From Bryobacteraceae bacterium (GTDB lineage Bacteria; Acidobacteriota; Terriglobia; Bryobacterales; Bryobacteraceae): a stretch of DNA of 64,000 bases. Made by a program: the position numbers and the translations under genes. Positions 7,424 through 17,973 of the stretch are shown piece by piece. The notes under the pieces were generated by a model that had not been told where the DNA came from, ran no database searches, and saw only the letters and a list, made by a program, of their open reading frames with translations. The stretch is taken from contig JBEKNN010000005.1 in assembly GCA_049522755.1 (NCBI GenBank), positions 15,768 to 79,767 of the forward strand, given 5' to 3'. Within the stretch, counting starts at the first letter, position 1, and every line of letters begins with the position of its first letter.

Positions 7424-9762
7424 TTTGGGGACTCCTTTAAATTGGTTTTAGCGGCCACGGTTGGCCGCGGCGCCGGCGCCTCGCCGCGGGATTGCTGGAA
7501 CGGCAGGCTGTGTACAATTCCGTAGATCAAAGTCTGGAAAGAATAGTTCGATTCCGTAAGCTGGCGCTCGATGTCGGCTTCGGTGCGCCGATCGAAGGGT
7601 TGCAGGCCGCGCTCCAGGGCGTAGGTCAGCATCTTCTGCGTGAGGCACTGCGAAAACTCGGGCAGGCCGGTAGTGAGTACGCTGCGCATTTCCGCGGGCG
7701 TCGCAAAGGCTTTGCCGCTGGGGAGCGTGCCGGTGGCATCCACGGGAAAATTGCCGTCCTGGGTGCGCCACTTGCCGATGGCGTTGTAATTCTCGAGACC
7801 AAAACCCAGCGGGTCCATTTTGTTATGGCAGGCGGCGCAGGCGGGGTCGGCGCGGTGCTTCTCCATCTGCTGGCGCAGCGAGGACGATTTTCCCACGGCG
7901 GCTTCATCGAGCGCCGGAACGTCCGGCGGCGGCGGCGGGACGGGCGAAGCCAGAATGTTATCGAGAATGAACTTGCCGCGGAGCACCACGGATGTGCGCG
8001 TGGGATAGCTGGAAACCGTGAGCACGGCCGCCTGGCCCAGGACGCCGCCGCGCTGGTCGGTGGTCAGGTCGATGCGCCGGAATTCGGGGCCTTTGACATC
8101 CGGAATGCCGTAAAATTTCGCCAGCGTTTCGTTCAGAAACGTGTAGCGCGCATCCAGAAAATCGGTGATGGGGCGGTTTTCGCGCAGCACATATTCGAAG
8201 AACATGCGCGTCTCGGTCTTCATAGCGTCGCGCAGATCCGAGTTCCATTCGGGAAACTTCTGCGGGTCTGGCTTCACCACGTCGAGATTGCGCGTTTCCA
8301 GCCATTGCCCGGCGAAATTCGACGCCAGCGCGCCGGAGCGGCTGTCCGCCAGCATGCGCTTCATCTGAGCGTCGAGAACGGCGGAGTCATGCAGCTTGCC
8401 CTGCGCGGCGAGAGAGAACAACTCATCGTCGGGCATGGAACTCCAGAGAAAATAGCTGAGGCGCGAAGCTAGCTCGTAGTCCGAAACAGGATGCGCGGCA
8501 ACGCTTCCATTTTCGATCTTAAAGAGAAAATTCGGCGACACCAGAATCGCCTGAATGGCGAGCTGGATTCCCTGCTCGACGGTTTGCCCCTGGGCGCGCG
8601 CAAAATCGACGAAATGCGCGATGGCGGCCGTTTCCTGAGTGGTGGCCGGGCGGCGATACGCGTGATTCGCCAGATTGGCGATAATTTTTTGCACGCAGGC
8701 GGCCCCGGATTTAGGATCGCAGATCAGAATCTTCTTGCGGCTGGCGCTTTCGCCGGCGGAGGCAAACGGCCCGATGAAGGTCAGGGCATCGATGTACTTG
8801 TTCTTCTTGCGGTTGGTGAAGTCCTTATCGGACAGAGCGGCGGCGAAATCGTCGTTGAGGAATTCCGCGCGAACGGTGTGCATGCCTTCGGTGAGATGCA
8901 CGGACATCTTTTCTTCGGAGTAAGGGTCGAAGTAGACCAGCTTCGAGGGCTTGGTTTCGACGCTCATGGTGTGCACCACGTTGCCGTCCACGGAAAGCTG
9001 GAGGTCGACCGGCTTTCCGTCCGGAGGGCGCTCGCCTTGCAAGCCGAAGCGGACCGTGTAATCGCCGTCGAAATCGATGCGGACCTGGGCTTCCACGACG
9101 CCGCGCTCGGGCTTAGTAGTGTTTTTGTTGCGGTTGGAGTACTCGGCCTCGACAGGCTTGGCGGGAAGCGGGTCGATGCCCATGGCGCGCGATGCGATCT
9201 TCTGCGCGGCGTTCATGTACTTCGACATCAGTAGCGGCGAGACAGTGAGAACGGAGGCAATGTTATCGAAGCCGTAGCCGGAATCGTCGGTGGGAAAGTT
9301 TTTGTCCGCCTGAAAATCGACCGCGAGCAGATCGTGCACGGTGTTCATGTATTCGTAGCGGTTCAGCCGGTGGGCCACCACGCGGCCCGGATCGGGCTTG
9401 ACGTTCTTGTCGATTTCATCGAGGCGGCTTTGGACGTAGGCGATCAGCGCATCCAGCTTGGCAGGCCGGGGAATTCCCGCCGGCGGCATCTCGCCAGCGC
9501 GCAGTTTTTGCAGAATAATGTCCCAGCCATCGCGGCTCTCCGTGAGCGACGTCGAATCGAGAAACGGCTGAATGTTCATTCCGCCGGAAGCGAGCTGCCG
9601 ATTGTGGCAGCCCAGGCATACGCCGCGAAACACGGGCTCAACAGCGGCTTGAAAGGCGGGGTCGGCAGCGCAATTAGCGGGCGGCAGGGCAAGCGACAAC
9701 CATGTAATGGAGCATACAAACGAAGCGATAGTGCCGATGCGCATCTTGTCTCCGGTTAACAC
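7420..9762 (-). CDS. DUF1587/DUF1592/DUF1595/DUF1588/DUF1585-type secreted protein with CxxCH motifs
   Basis: 780 aa with a signal peptide. CLGCHN lies near the N-terminus and CAACHNKMDPLGFGLENYNAIGKWR near the C-terminus. An alternative start is at 9744 (MRIG). Confidence 0.75.
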   Translation of the reverse strand: MLTGDKMRIGTIASFVCSITWLSLALPPANCAADPAFQAAVEPVFRGVCLGCHNRQLASGGMNIQPFLDSTSLTESRDGWDIILQKLRAGEMPPAGIPRPAKLDALIAYVQSRLDEIDKNVKPDPGRVVAHRLNRYEYMNTVHDLLAVDFQADKNFPTDDSGYGFDNIASVLTVSPLLMSKYMNAAQKIASRAMGIDPLPAKPVEAEYSNRNKNTTKPERGVVEAQVRIDFDGDYTVRFGLQGERPPDGKPVDLQLSVDGNVVHTMSVETKPSKLVYFDPYSEEKMSVHLTEGMHTVRAEFLNDDFAAALSDKDFTNRKKNKYIDALTFIGPFASAGESASRKKILICDPKSGAACVQKIIANLANHAYRRPATTQETAAIAHFVDFARAQGQTVEQGIQLAIQAILVSPNFLFKIENGSVAAHPVSDYELASRLSYFLWSSMPDDELFSLAAQGKLHDSAVLDAQMKRMLADSRSGALASNFAGQWLETRNLDVVKPDPQKFPEWNSDLRDAMKTETRMFFEYVLRENRPITDFLDARYTFLNETLAKFYGIPDVKGPEFRRIDLTTDQRGGVLGQAAVLTVSSYPTRTSVVLRGKFILDNILASPVPPPPPDVPALDEAAVGKSSSLRQQMEKHRADPACAACHNKMDPLGFGLENYNAIGKWRTQDGNFPVDATGTLPSGKAFATPAEMRSVLTTGLPEFSQCLTQKMLTYALERGLQPFDRRTEADIERQLTESNYSFQTLIYGIVHSLPFQQSRGEAPAPRPTVAAKTNLKESPK

Positions 9763-10102
9763 TTATTATACCGCGCCGCCAAAAGTTGTCACACATCGAT
9801 AGTTGGGCCTCAGGGTAATGAGTTAGCGGCAGAGACCAGCGCGGAGTTTGAATATTGGCTGGGGGTTGCGGATTGTCGCGGAACGAAGCTGAGGACGTGG
9901 AAGCGGTTTTGGATTGTTCGGGTTGGCGGGCATGTCGTCGGACTTCTTGCCGAGGAATGCGTGCCGGGTCGTGACGCCGCCGAATTGAATTTCGGAGTCG
10001 GAGATAACGGTATGCTGTGACGCTAATGTCCGCTTAGGTTTCAGATCGCGCATGTGCGTGCGGGGCTGAATGCTTCCCGACTGGATGTGCGGCTAAGTAC
10101 TT

Positions 10103-10147
10103 ATGGGTAGCGAACTGGTTATCGACGGCGGAATGAGCAACCTTTAA
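10103..10147 (+). pseudogene. Remnant of the 3' end of a short-chain dehydrogenase (SDR) gene
   Basis: Encodes MGSELVIDGGMSNL-stop, the typical SDR C-terminal (T)G..L.(V/I)DGG motif. An in-frame stop lies immediately upstream and no gene body is present. Confidence 0.35.
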
Positions 10148-10170
10148 AGAAGCGGCGCGTAGCTTCACAC

Positions 10171-10917
10171 TTACAATTGAGTGTCAGCCACCGCTATAAC
10201 GAGCTTGCCGCGATGGCTTCTGTGCACCGTGCCCGCGTACGCTTCCGGCGCTTGCTGCCAGGGAACCACCGCATCCACTACCGTCCGCAACCGGCCGTCC
10301 TGTAACATGTCCCCGATAGCCTTCAACTGAATTCCGCTCGGTTCTACGATGAAGAATGAATTCTTGACTCTCTCGTCGGTCGTGTCGCTACTCGCGACTG
10401 TCACCATCCGTCCCTTCGGCTTCAGGACGCCCCACGATCGTTCCAGAGTGTCGCCGCCCACCGTATCGAACACGATGTCCATGGGCTCGACCACCGCTTC
10501 GAAGCGCGCGGCTCGATAGTCGATGACTTGTTCGGCGCCGAGACCCTTCACGAACTCGGCGTTAGCGGCGGATGCGGTCGCGACGATGCGCGCTCCAGCG
10601 AGCCGGGCAATCTGGACCGCGAATATACCCACGGCCCCCGCGGCGCCGTGCACCAGGACGCGATCGCCCTGCGCAACTTTCGCTCGATCCATCAATCCCT
10701 GCCAGGCGGTCAACGCGGGGATTGGAACGGACGCTGCCTCGGCATAGCTCAACTGCGCCGGCTTCACGGCCAATGCGGTGGATGGCGCTGCACAGTATTC
10801 CGCCAAGGCGCCATCGCTATACCAATCGTTCATACCGAACACTTGCTGCCCTGCGGCGGACTCCGCGACGCCATCTGGCGCCCACCTTCGCGACCCGGCG
10901 GCGGTCGTGCCACAATC
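10171..10917 (-). pseudogene. 5'-truncated NADPH:quinone oxidoreductase / zinc-type alcohol dehydrogenase (MDR) family gene
   Basis: The Rossmann part is intact (VLVHGAAGAVGIFAVQIARLAGARIV). The roughly 85-aa N-terminal GroES-like domain is missing. The frame is open only back to 10917 and has no plausible start; the track M at 10842 is a GTG inside the conserved VFGM motif. Confidence 0.6.
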
Positions 10918-12183
10918 CTACTACCGCGGAGTTATCGTGGTATCCCACCACACATACAAAGTCAGGAGAAAGGGAGGGAGTGTTTTGCGCGTAGGCTAGC
11001 GACGTATTCGGAATAGGAGAAAACTGCGGCGCGCCGTCATACTGAACGTCGTTCTTCGCCTCGCTGCGCGAGACCTCGGCCGTTTGTGGAATTATGTTGT
11101 CCATCACCGCATCTTTCGCGCGGTCCTTGCCGGGAACGAAGGCGAGGCCGTTGGCCTTGGGCGAATCTTCCGGAATGTTCGCAAATGCCTTCGGCAGATT
11201 CTCGGGAGCGACAAAACTCCATGGGCCTTGGATTGAAGGCCTGCGAACCAGCGGCCCGACATCACAATAAAATGACGCTGCGTGGCGGTTTCCATAAAGA
11301 TGTCGCTGTCGGTATTCGTTACGTAGAGGATGTCGCCGCCTACCAGCGGACTGTATCTGGGCGCGCCCTGGGTGACGATCAACTCGGTCGGCTCGGTCGC
11401 CACGATGATTCGGGCGGCGCGGAGTTGACTCGGGGGAGCGGCTTTGCCCGCATCGTTTTGCGCCGAGTCCAGAGTCTCGGTGTCCTTTACCAGATCGGCT
11501 ACATTTGAGGGAGCCTTGTCAGTCGAGCTCCAACTGCCGTGCAGTAAGTCATTAGTTGAAAACCAGACGCTCGATCCATAGAACCAATATTGCTTGCTCT
11601 TCGGGTCGAAGATCGCGGGAAGGGCCGTGTTGACTACCTTCTGCAGACCTCCCGACCCTGCTTCCTGACGCCGGGGCTCGCCGTCGAGAAGCAACAGAAT
11701 AGCTGGAGAGTCGGCGACGATGATCCGCGGAGGATCGTTGCGATAATCGGCGTCGGGACCGCCTTGTGCGGGCTGGAGACTCGCTTTCAGGCGAGTCAGA
11801 GAGATGGAGAGATCCCACAGCGGCACATCCGCCTCCAGGAATTGAACCAGCGATTGAACGTCGCTATCCGGAACGCCGGCGAAACGCGTGCGGTCGACTT
11901 TAATGGATACAACGCGAGCCAGGTCGCGATCCCGATCGACGCTCAGTGTGGCGATCACCCATAGGGCGCCGAACAGCGGCGCTTTGTCCTCGGGTCTCTT
12001 GACGGAAATCGCCACGCGGCTCTGGAGCGTTACGCCGTCGAGAGAATCGGGCTGAGGCTGATAGACGACGATCTGCGTATTGCGGTCGTTCACCACTCTG
12101 GGCCATCCGGCATCCTGGCCCCACGCGATGCCGGCCGTCAGGCTCACAGTAGTCAAAATCAGAAAGGGCATCGTTAGTTTCAT
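10817..12183 (-). pseudogene. Secreted repeat protein of unknown function, frameshifted near 11225-11229 and 3'-truncated
   Basis: Signal peptide MKLTMPFLILTTVSLTAGIAWGQ. The track ORF 11104-12237 degenerates into an Arg/Pro-rich tail after SGRWFAGLQSK. The neighbouring frame continues sensibly (GPWSFVAPENLPKAFANIPEDSPKANGLAFVPGK...YDGAPQFSPIPNTSLAYAQNT). That stretch repeats the earlier motif QGAPRYSPLVGGDILYVTNT. Confidence 0.55.
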
Positions 12184-12764
12184 ACATTCACCTCGATTGG
12201 ACTTGGCTGACTTAGCCGGCAGCAGTAACCGAGACAAGAGTTGTCTGCGTTCCGATCCGGATCGTCATTAGAGCCAGGGCACATGTCGATCCAAACGCGC
12301 AGAGATGCCCGGGGAAAACCCGCGCCGCCTTTTCAATCCGTTAGGGCGCGATGACGGATCAAGACGATTCAGCAGCCGAACTCCATGGCGTAGGCTTGCG
12401 ACGCGATGACCGCTCCCCGACACGATGGTTGACCTGAAAGGTCGCTTTCCCCAGCCGGCCAGCAGGCATTGAGCGCGGCCGGTCTTTCGGGCGCAGGGTT
12501 CCTTGCAACTGAGTAATAGCCTGATTCTTCAGGATGAAAGGCTCGATGGCCGAAGGCCGCCGGCAGACTCGATGCAGCGGGAATGCCCTGCTGGCGTACA
12601 ATCGGCCTGGCGCGAATTGCGATGGACAGGCACTTGCATGTATGCGCAATGAAGGGGGCGGCCGACGCGCTTGGGAACAAGATGCTCCGATCGCAAGCAA
12701 CCCCGGCCTGCAAATAAGTCACTCTACAACCCGGGCAAGATGCCCGATTAACCAAGGAGGTTAT

Positions 12765-13721
12765 ATGAACGAATATCGATTGCCACGCAAAGCGCTCGCC
12801 ATCATGACATATGTGTTGACGAGTGCGTGTTTCTTGAACGCACAGACTCCGGCGCCGACCGTTCCCGTCCAAATGACGGTGACGGTGGACGTCGTGGGCG
12901 AGGGTAAGCGGATGCCCGAAGTAAGCCGCGACGATGTAAGAGTCAACCAGGGCAGGGAGAGCCGGAGTGTGACGGATTGGGTCGCCGCCTGCGACGATCG
13001 GGCGGGGCTTGATCTATTCATCCTGATCGATGACGCTTCCGACACAAGTCTGGGAGGGCAACTTGCCGACTTACGCGCTTTCGTCAACTCTCAGCCCTCG
13101 ACTACGGCAGTAGGGATAGGATACATGCGAAATGCCGTCGTTCAAATTGCTCAGAATTTCACCACCGACCACGCCGCGGCCGCCAAGGCCCTACGCCTGC
13201 CGACCGGTTCAACGGGAGCCTATGGGAGTCCGTATCTCTCCGTTATCGATCTTATGAAGCGATGGCCTCAAAACGCGAACCGCCGCGAGGTAGTGATGGT
13301 AACGGATGGAATAGATCGCGCCCGGGGCGGCCCGCGTCCCCACGGCCTCAGTCTGATCAGCCCGGACGTTGATACCGCGGGCACAGTCGCTCAGCGCACC
13401 GGAACTATCATTCATACCATCTACGCTCCTGGCGTGGGTCGCTTACACCATAACTTTTGGGAGGCGACGAATGGCCAGAATGGCATTGCCAAGCTGTCTG
13501 ACGAGACTGGGGGTGAGTCGTTTTTCCTCGGCCTGGAATCGGCGGTGAGCTTCAAGCCGTATCTGGATCGGATACAGAAGATACTCGAGAATCAGTATAT
13601 ACTGACGTTCGAGGCCAAGCCTGGCAAGAAAGCCGGATTGCAGGCCGTGAGGATTACCACTCCGGTCGCGGGCGTAGAATTGGCGTCGGCTGACAATGCC
13701 TGGGTTCCCGCGGCGAAATAG
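12765..13721 (+). CDS. VWFA-related acidobacterial domain protein (secreted von Willebrand A-like)
   Basis: Start chosen at an ATG with the AAGGAGG RBS 5 nt upstream, followed by a signal peptide. MIDAS-like LFILIDDASDTS. The track ORF start at 12534 has no support. Confidence 0.65.
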   Translation: MNEYRLPRKALAIMTYVLTSACFLNAQTPAPTVPVQMTVTVDVVGEGKRMPEVSRDDVRVNQGRESRSVTDWVAACDDRAGLDLFILIDDASDTSLGGQLADLRAFVNSQPSTTAVGIGYMRNAVVQIAQNFTTDHAAAAKALRLPTGSTGAYGSPYLSVIDLMKRWPQNANRREVVMVTDGIDRARGGPRPHGLSLISPDVDTAGTVAQRTGTIIHTIYAPGVGRLHHNFWEATNGQNGIAKLSDETGGESFFLGLESAVSFKPYLDRIQKILENQYILTFEAKPGKKAGLQAVRITTPVAGVELASADNAWVPAAK

Positions 13722-14194
13722 TTGTCGAAACTGGTGCTGGGGGTTGCGAGTAGCGGCATGGCCGCGGGCGCAATCCTCTTGCCATGCGGTAATTCGCAAG
13801 GCGGCTATCATTGCCCGCGAAATCGAATGCGGCGTCTCCGGCCGATGACCCATCGCTGTTCGTCATCCGTGCCGTCCATGCCAGCCATGCCGGCCAAAAG
13901 CAATATCCTCTGAAATTCCCGCCGAACTGGCTGACCATGCCGCTGAGGACGACTTATCCTCGCCAAGCTCGGCGCCAATCATCGAAGTTTAGCCCCTGAA
14001 ATGGAAGAGCATCGCAATCCAGAGCGCAAGTCAAGTTCTTACCTCTCTCTAAAGTGGTAGTAGGCAATCTTATTATCCAGTGAACCAGCCAGCCCCCATC
14101 TGGAGGTTGTCAGAAGGCGGAAATTGTTCCACAATCAGTCAGAATACCGAATCAGAGCGGACAGAAGGGCTTCAGGACCCCAGCGGAGGACCCA

Positions 14195-14395
14195 ATGACC
14201 AAGAATGTACTGACTCGATTTCGAGCCGCGCTATCTGCAAAGATTGCTGAGCTGGAACGCCTCACCAGCCAACCCGGTGCGATCGCGGTTGAGGAGGGCG
14301 CCAATCAACCGGAGGAGATCTGGGCAGAAAGGGGACATTTCTACTTTGCCTTGACACGGATGTCACCGCAGATTGACATCGAGCCTGAGATCTGA
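14195..14395 (+). pseudogene. Possible truncated DksA/TraR-like remnant
   Basis: The N-terminal 45 aa (TRFRAALSAKIAELERL...AIAVEEGANQPEE) resemble the coiled-coil start of DksA/TraR proteins. The C4 zinc finger is absent. Confidence 0.25.
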
Positions 14396-14490
14396 TATAT
14401 GCTCTGTAAAATTTTCGCAATGATAATTTCGTGTTACGCACCATCCGGTTCGGAGTTGATGGAGGGTTGGGAGCCGCAGGAGAAACTCAT

Positions 14491-16368
14491 ATGAACGTTG
14501 GCTTTCGTATCCTGACTATAACCTTGGCCACACTGCTATTGGCCGCGTTGGCTCGGGCACAGCGGCTGTCGGAAAGCACCGGCCTCAACCTGTTCCAGAA
14601 CAACTGCACGAACTGTCATGGAGTTACTCCAGTCGAGCACGCTCCAACCGAGGCCACCATCAAGACGATGACTCCCGAGGCCATCCACGAAGCCATTACC
14701 ACCGGTTTGATGAAAAATATGGCGGCGAGCCTCACCGACGACGAGAAGCGCTTGCTCGCCGAGTATCTGGGAGGCCGCAAGCTCGATAAGGACGATGCCG
14801 GAGATGCGAAGAACATGCCCAACGCTTGCGCCAGCCGTCCGCCGGTGCGAGACTTGAACGCTCCCTCATGGAATGGATGGGGCGATCTCTCGAATACGCG
14901 CTTCCAAGGCGCCAAGGCCGCGGGCCTCACGGCCGGCAAAGTGTCGAGGTTGAAACTCAAATGGGCTTTCGGATTCCCGGGAGCGACGGCGCTCTATGGA
15001 CAGACAATCGTGGACGGAAGAGTCTTCGTCAGCAGCAATGCGGGTTACGTTTACGCGCTGGACGCCGAAACCGGTTGTGTCCAGTGGTCCTTCAAATCGC
15101 CGGCGGTTGTGCGTAGCGGCATCACCATCGGGCCGCTGAAACCGGGTTCCACCAGGATCGCCGCCTTCTTCGGCGACATCCGCGGATTTGCTTACGCCCT
15201 CGACGCCTCCACCGGCGCCTTGATCTGGAGAGCCGCCGCCGACAATCATCCGCTTGCCCGAGTCACCGGTAACCCCAGGCTCTACGAAGGCCGGCTTTAT
15301 GTGCCGCTGGCCTCGCTTGAGGAAGATGAATCGCGCACTCCCCAGCATATTTGCTGTACCTTCAGGGGCGCGGTGACGGCGCTCGATTCCGAGACCGGCC
15401 GTCAAGTCTGGAAGAGTTACACGATCCCGCAGGAGCCGAAAGTTATCAAAAGGAATTCCGTGGGCGTGGACTATATGGGGCCGTCCGGCGCCGGGGTCTG
15501 GACCACGCCAATCGTCGATACCAAGCGCAGAGCGTTATATTTCGGCACCGGGAACAGCTTTTCCGAGCCGGCGACAACGTCCGATTCGATCATGGCCATG
15601 GACATGGACACCGGCAAGATCCTCTGGTGGCGGCAGGCCTTGGCAAATGATGTATGGCATGGAGGCTGTGCCCAGAGCATTCCCGGACGTCCGCCGGCCG
15701 CGAACCAGGGCGGGCGAGGCCGCGGCGGGAACCAGCCTCCGTATCCCGCCGACAATTGCGTGGAGAAAACCGGGCCGGATTGGGACTACGCCGCATCTCC
15801 CAATTTGGCGACAATGCCGGATGGACGCACCGTCATCATCGCCTCGCCCAAGCAAGCCGTTGTGCGGGCCCTCGATCCCGACAAGAACGGCGCCACGATC
15901 TGGGAACAGGACATCGCCCGAGGAATCGGCGGCGGCGCGGGAGAGACTGTCTTTGGCGGCGCCATCGACGGTCAGACAATATACTTCGGATTGCAACTCG
16001 GCAACGGGTTGGTTGCCATGGATCTGGCGACCGGCGTCGAGAAGTGGTTCCGGCCATTGCAGAATCCGGAAGCCATGGCAACGCATCGCGGAATTGTTGC
16101 CGCTGTCAGCGTGATTCCCGGAGTGTTCTTCGCGGCAGGTATGGACGGCATACTTCGAGCGGTGTCCCCTACGGATGGAAGTCCTATCTGGGAATTCAAC
16201 ACCGCTCAGGAATTCAAAACCGTGAACGGCGTCCCGGCCAAGGGCGGTTCCATTGGAGCGGGCGGACCCACGATCGCCAACGGCATGGTCTTCGTCGGTT
16301 CGGGATACGTCGGATTCCAGAACGGGGTTCCGGGCAACGTGTTGCTCGCCTTCGCGCCGGCATTTTAG
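14491..16368 (+). CDS. PQQ-dependent quinohemoprotein dehydrogenase with an N-terminal cytochrome c domain (polyvinyl-alcohol dehydrogenase (cytochrome)-like architecture)
   Basis: Start at the ATG at 14491 with AGGAG 8 nt upstream. Signal peptide, then CTNCHG heme motif at about aa 39, then PQQ beta-propeller repeats (YALDAETGCVQW, YALDASTGALIW, TALDSETGRQVW, MAMDMDTGKILW). Confidence 0.65.
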   Translation: MNVGFRILTITLATLLLAALARAQRLSESTGLNLFQNNCTNCHGVTPVEHAPTEATIKTMTPEAIHEAITTGLMKNMAASLTDDEKRLLAEYLGGRKLDKDDAGDAKNMPNACASRPPVRDLNAPSWNGWGDLSNTRFQGAKAAGLTAGKVSRLKLKWAFGFPGATALYGQTIVDGRVFVSSNAGYVYALDAETGCVQWSFKSPAVVRSGITIGPLKPGSTRIAAFFGDIRGFAYALDASTGALIWRAAADNHPLARVTGNPRLYEGRLYVPLASLEEDESRTPQHICCTFRGAVTALDSETGRQVWKSYTIPQEPKVIKRNSVGVDYMGPSGAGVWTTPIVDTKRRALYFGTGNSFSEPATTSDSIMAMDMDTGKILWWRQALANDVWHGGCAQSIPGRPPAANQGGRGRGGNQPPYPADNCVEKTGPDWDYAASPNLATMPDGRTVIIASPKQAVVRALDPDKNGATIWEQDIARGIGGGAGETVFGGAIDGQTIYFGLQLGNGLVAMDLATGVEKWFRPLQNPEAMATHRGIVAAVSVIPGVFFAAGMDGILRAVSPTDGSPIWEFNTAQEFKTVNGVPAKGGSIGAGGPTIANGMVFVGSGYVGFQNGVPGNVLLAFAPAF

Positions 16369-16380
16369 AGGACGCCGCTC

Positions 16381-17973
16381 TTACCGGGCTGGCTGCTCTG
16401 CGACGGTGAACGCCATCAGACTTCTGCCCGCCGTAACTGCGAGGTACTGCCTGCCCTCGAACTCGTAGCTGATGGGGCCGGCATAAACAGGCGCGCCAGC
16501 TTGAAAATCCCACAGAGGTTTCCCGCTGACGGCGTCCAGCGCAAAAAGGTTGCCCTCGTTCGTGCCGCTGAATACCAGCCTTCCCGCGGTGGACAGCACG
16601 CCCGCCCACGGCGGAGAATGCAGCGGGAATTCCCAGCGCTGCTCGCCCGTCAGCGGGTCCAGCGCCTTTATCGAGCCGGACGGCTCCACGCCTGGGATTC
16701 CGCGCATCCCGCCGGCGCTGAAGTAACTACCCGCCTTGTATTCGGCCGTCGCGCGGTAGAAGACGGTCCCTTCCTCTCTCGCCGCCACATACATCAGCCG
16801 CGTATCCGGACTATATGAGGGGCTGTTCCAGTTAGTCGCGCCGTGTACGCCGGGAAACACCAGCTTGCCTTCGGGCGCCGGTTCCGTTGCGGGAATCACG
16901 ATTGGGCGTCCCCTCGGATCGAGTCCCTTAGCCCAAGTCTGTTTGGCGTATTGCCGCCCGAGGAGATACTCTCCAGTCTGACGGTCGAATAGATAGAAGA
17001 AGCCGTTTCGATTGGCAACCGCCACTAACTTCCGCGACTTACCCTGGAAGACCGCATCGATGAGGACGGGCACGTGATTCGCGTCCCAATCGTGAGTGTC
17101 ATGAGGCGTGAATTGGAAATACCATTTCAACTTACCAGTGGAGGCATCAAGAGCCAGCAGAGAGGTGGAGTAAAGATTGTCGCCGGCGCGCCCTTCGCCG
17201 TTGTAGTTGGGTCCGGGATTACCGGCGCCCCAGTAAAGAAGGTTCAGCGCCGGATCGATTGAACCCGTCAACCATGTGGCCGCGGAACCGGTTTTCCACG
17301 AATCGCCTTCCCAAGTATCGTGCCCCGCCTCACCCGGTCCCGGCACCGTCCAGAACCGCCATAGCCGCTCACCGGACTTGGCGTCATAGGCGTCCAGAAA
17401 TCCGCGGATTCCATATTCGCCGCCGGAGACCCCCACGATCACCTTGTCCTTCAGCGCGAGCGGCGCCACGGTGATCGAGTACCCGTTCTGGTAATCGGCC
17501 ATGGCTCTGTCCCAAAGCAGGTGGCCGGTTTTGGCGTCGAGCGCCAACAGGTGGCCATCCAGCGTGCCCAGAAAAACCCGGTCGCCGAGCAGCGCGACGC
17601 CGCGGTTCACCTGTCCGCAGCAGACGCCCACGGGGCCCGGCAGCGCCCGCCGGAAAATCCAAATCGGCCGGCCCGTACGCAGATCCAGCGCGGCGGCGTT
17701 GCTGGGCGGCTCCGAGATATACATCACGCCGTCGGCGACGATGGGCGTGGCCTCGAAATTGTTCAGGTCGTTGGTCTGATAGATCCACGCCGGACGCAGT
17801 TGCGCGACATTGCCGCGGTTTATGCGCTTCAGGGCCGAGTAGCGATGGCCCGCATAGCCGCCGGAATAAGTCAGCCAATTGCCAGGTTCGGAAGCCGCCG
17901 CCGCAATCCGCTCATAGGTGACTTGCGCGGCGAGCGTGAATCCAATCAGACACAGAATAAGAAGGGCCTTCAT
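16381..17973 (-). CDS. PQQ-dependent alcohol/methanol dehydrogenase family quinoprotein
   Basis: 530 aa with a signal peptide. NWLTYSGGYAGHRYS, FEATPIVADGVMY, vicinal disulfide motif VCCGQVNRG, and the catalytic-region motif HDWDAN. Its ATGA overlaps the upstream cytochrome c gene. Confidence 0.85.
   Translation of the reverse strand: MKALLILCLIGFTLAAQVTYERIAAAASEPGNWLTYSGGYAGHRYSALKRINRGNVAQLRPAWIYQTNDLNNFEATPIVADGVMYISEPPSNAAALDLRTGRPIWIFRRALPGPVGVCCGQVNRGVALLGDRVFLGTLDGHLLALDAKTGHLLWDRAMADYQNGYSITVAPLALKDKVIVGVSGGEYGIRGFLDAYDAKSGERLWRFWTVPGPGEAGHDTWEGDSWKTGSAATWLTGSIDPALNLLYWGAGNPGPNYNGEGRAGDNLYSTSLLALDASTGKLKWYFQFTPHDTHDWDANHVPVLIDAVFQGKSRKLVAVANRNGFFYLFDRQTGEYLLGRQYAKQTWAKGLDPRGRPIVIPATEPAPEGKLVFPGVHGATNWNSPSYSPDTRLMYVAAREEGTVFYRATAEYKAGSYFSAGGMRGIPGVEPSGSIKALDPLTGEQRWEFPLHSPPWAGVLSTAGRLVFSGTNEGNLFALDAVSGKPLWDFQAGAPVYAGPISYEFEGRQYLAVTAGRSLMAFTVAEQPAR

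Noticed and set aside
9823-10053. A 76-aa minus-strand ORF in the gap after the DUF1592-type gene.
   Set aside because: It has no RBS or promoter context and no motif. It lies in a region that otherwise contains gene relics. Coding status cannot be supported.
12534-12764. Track start at 12534 for the VWA-like protein.
   Set aside because: The upstream 77 codons have no signal or motif. The ATG at 12765 has a strong AAGGAGG RBS and is followed by a signal peptide.
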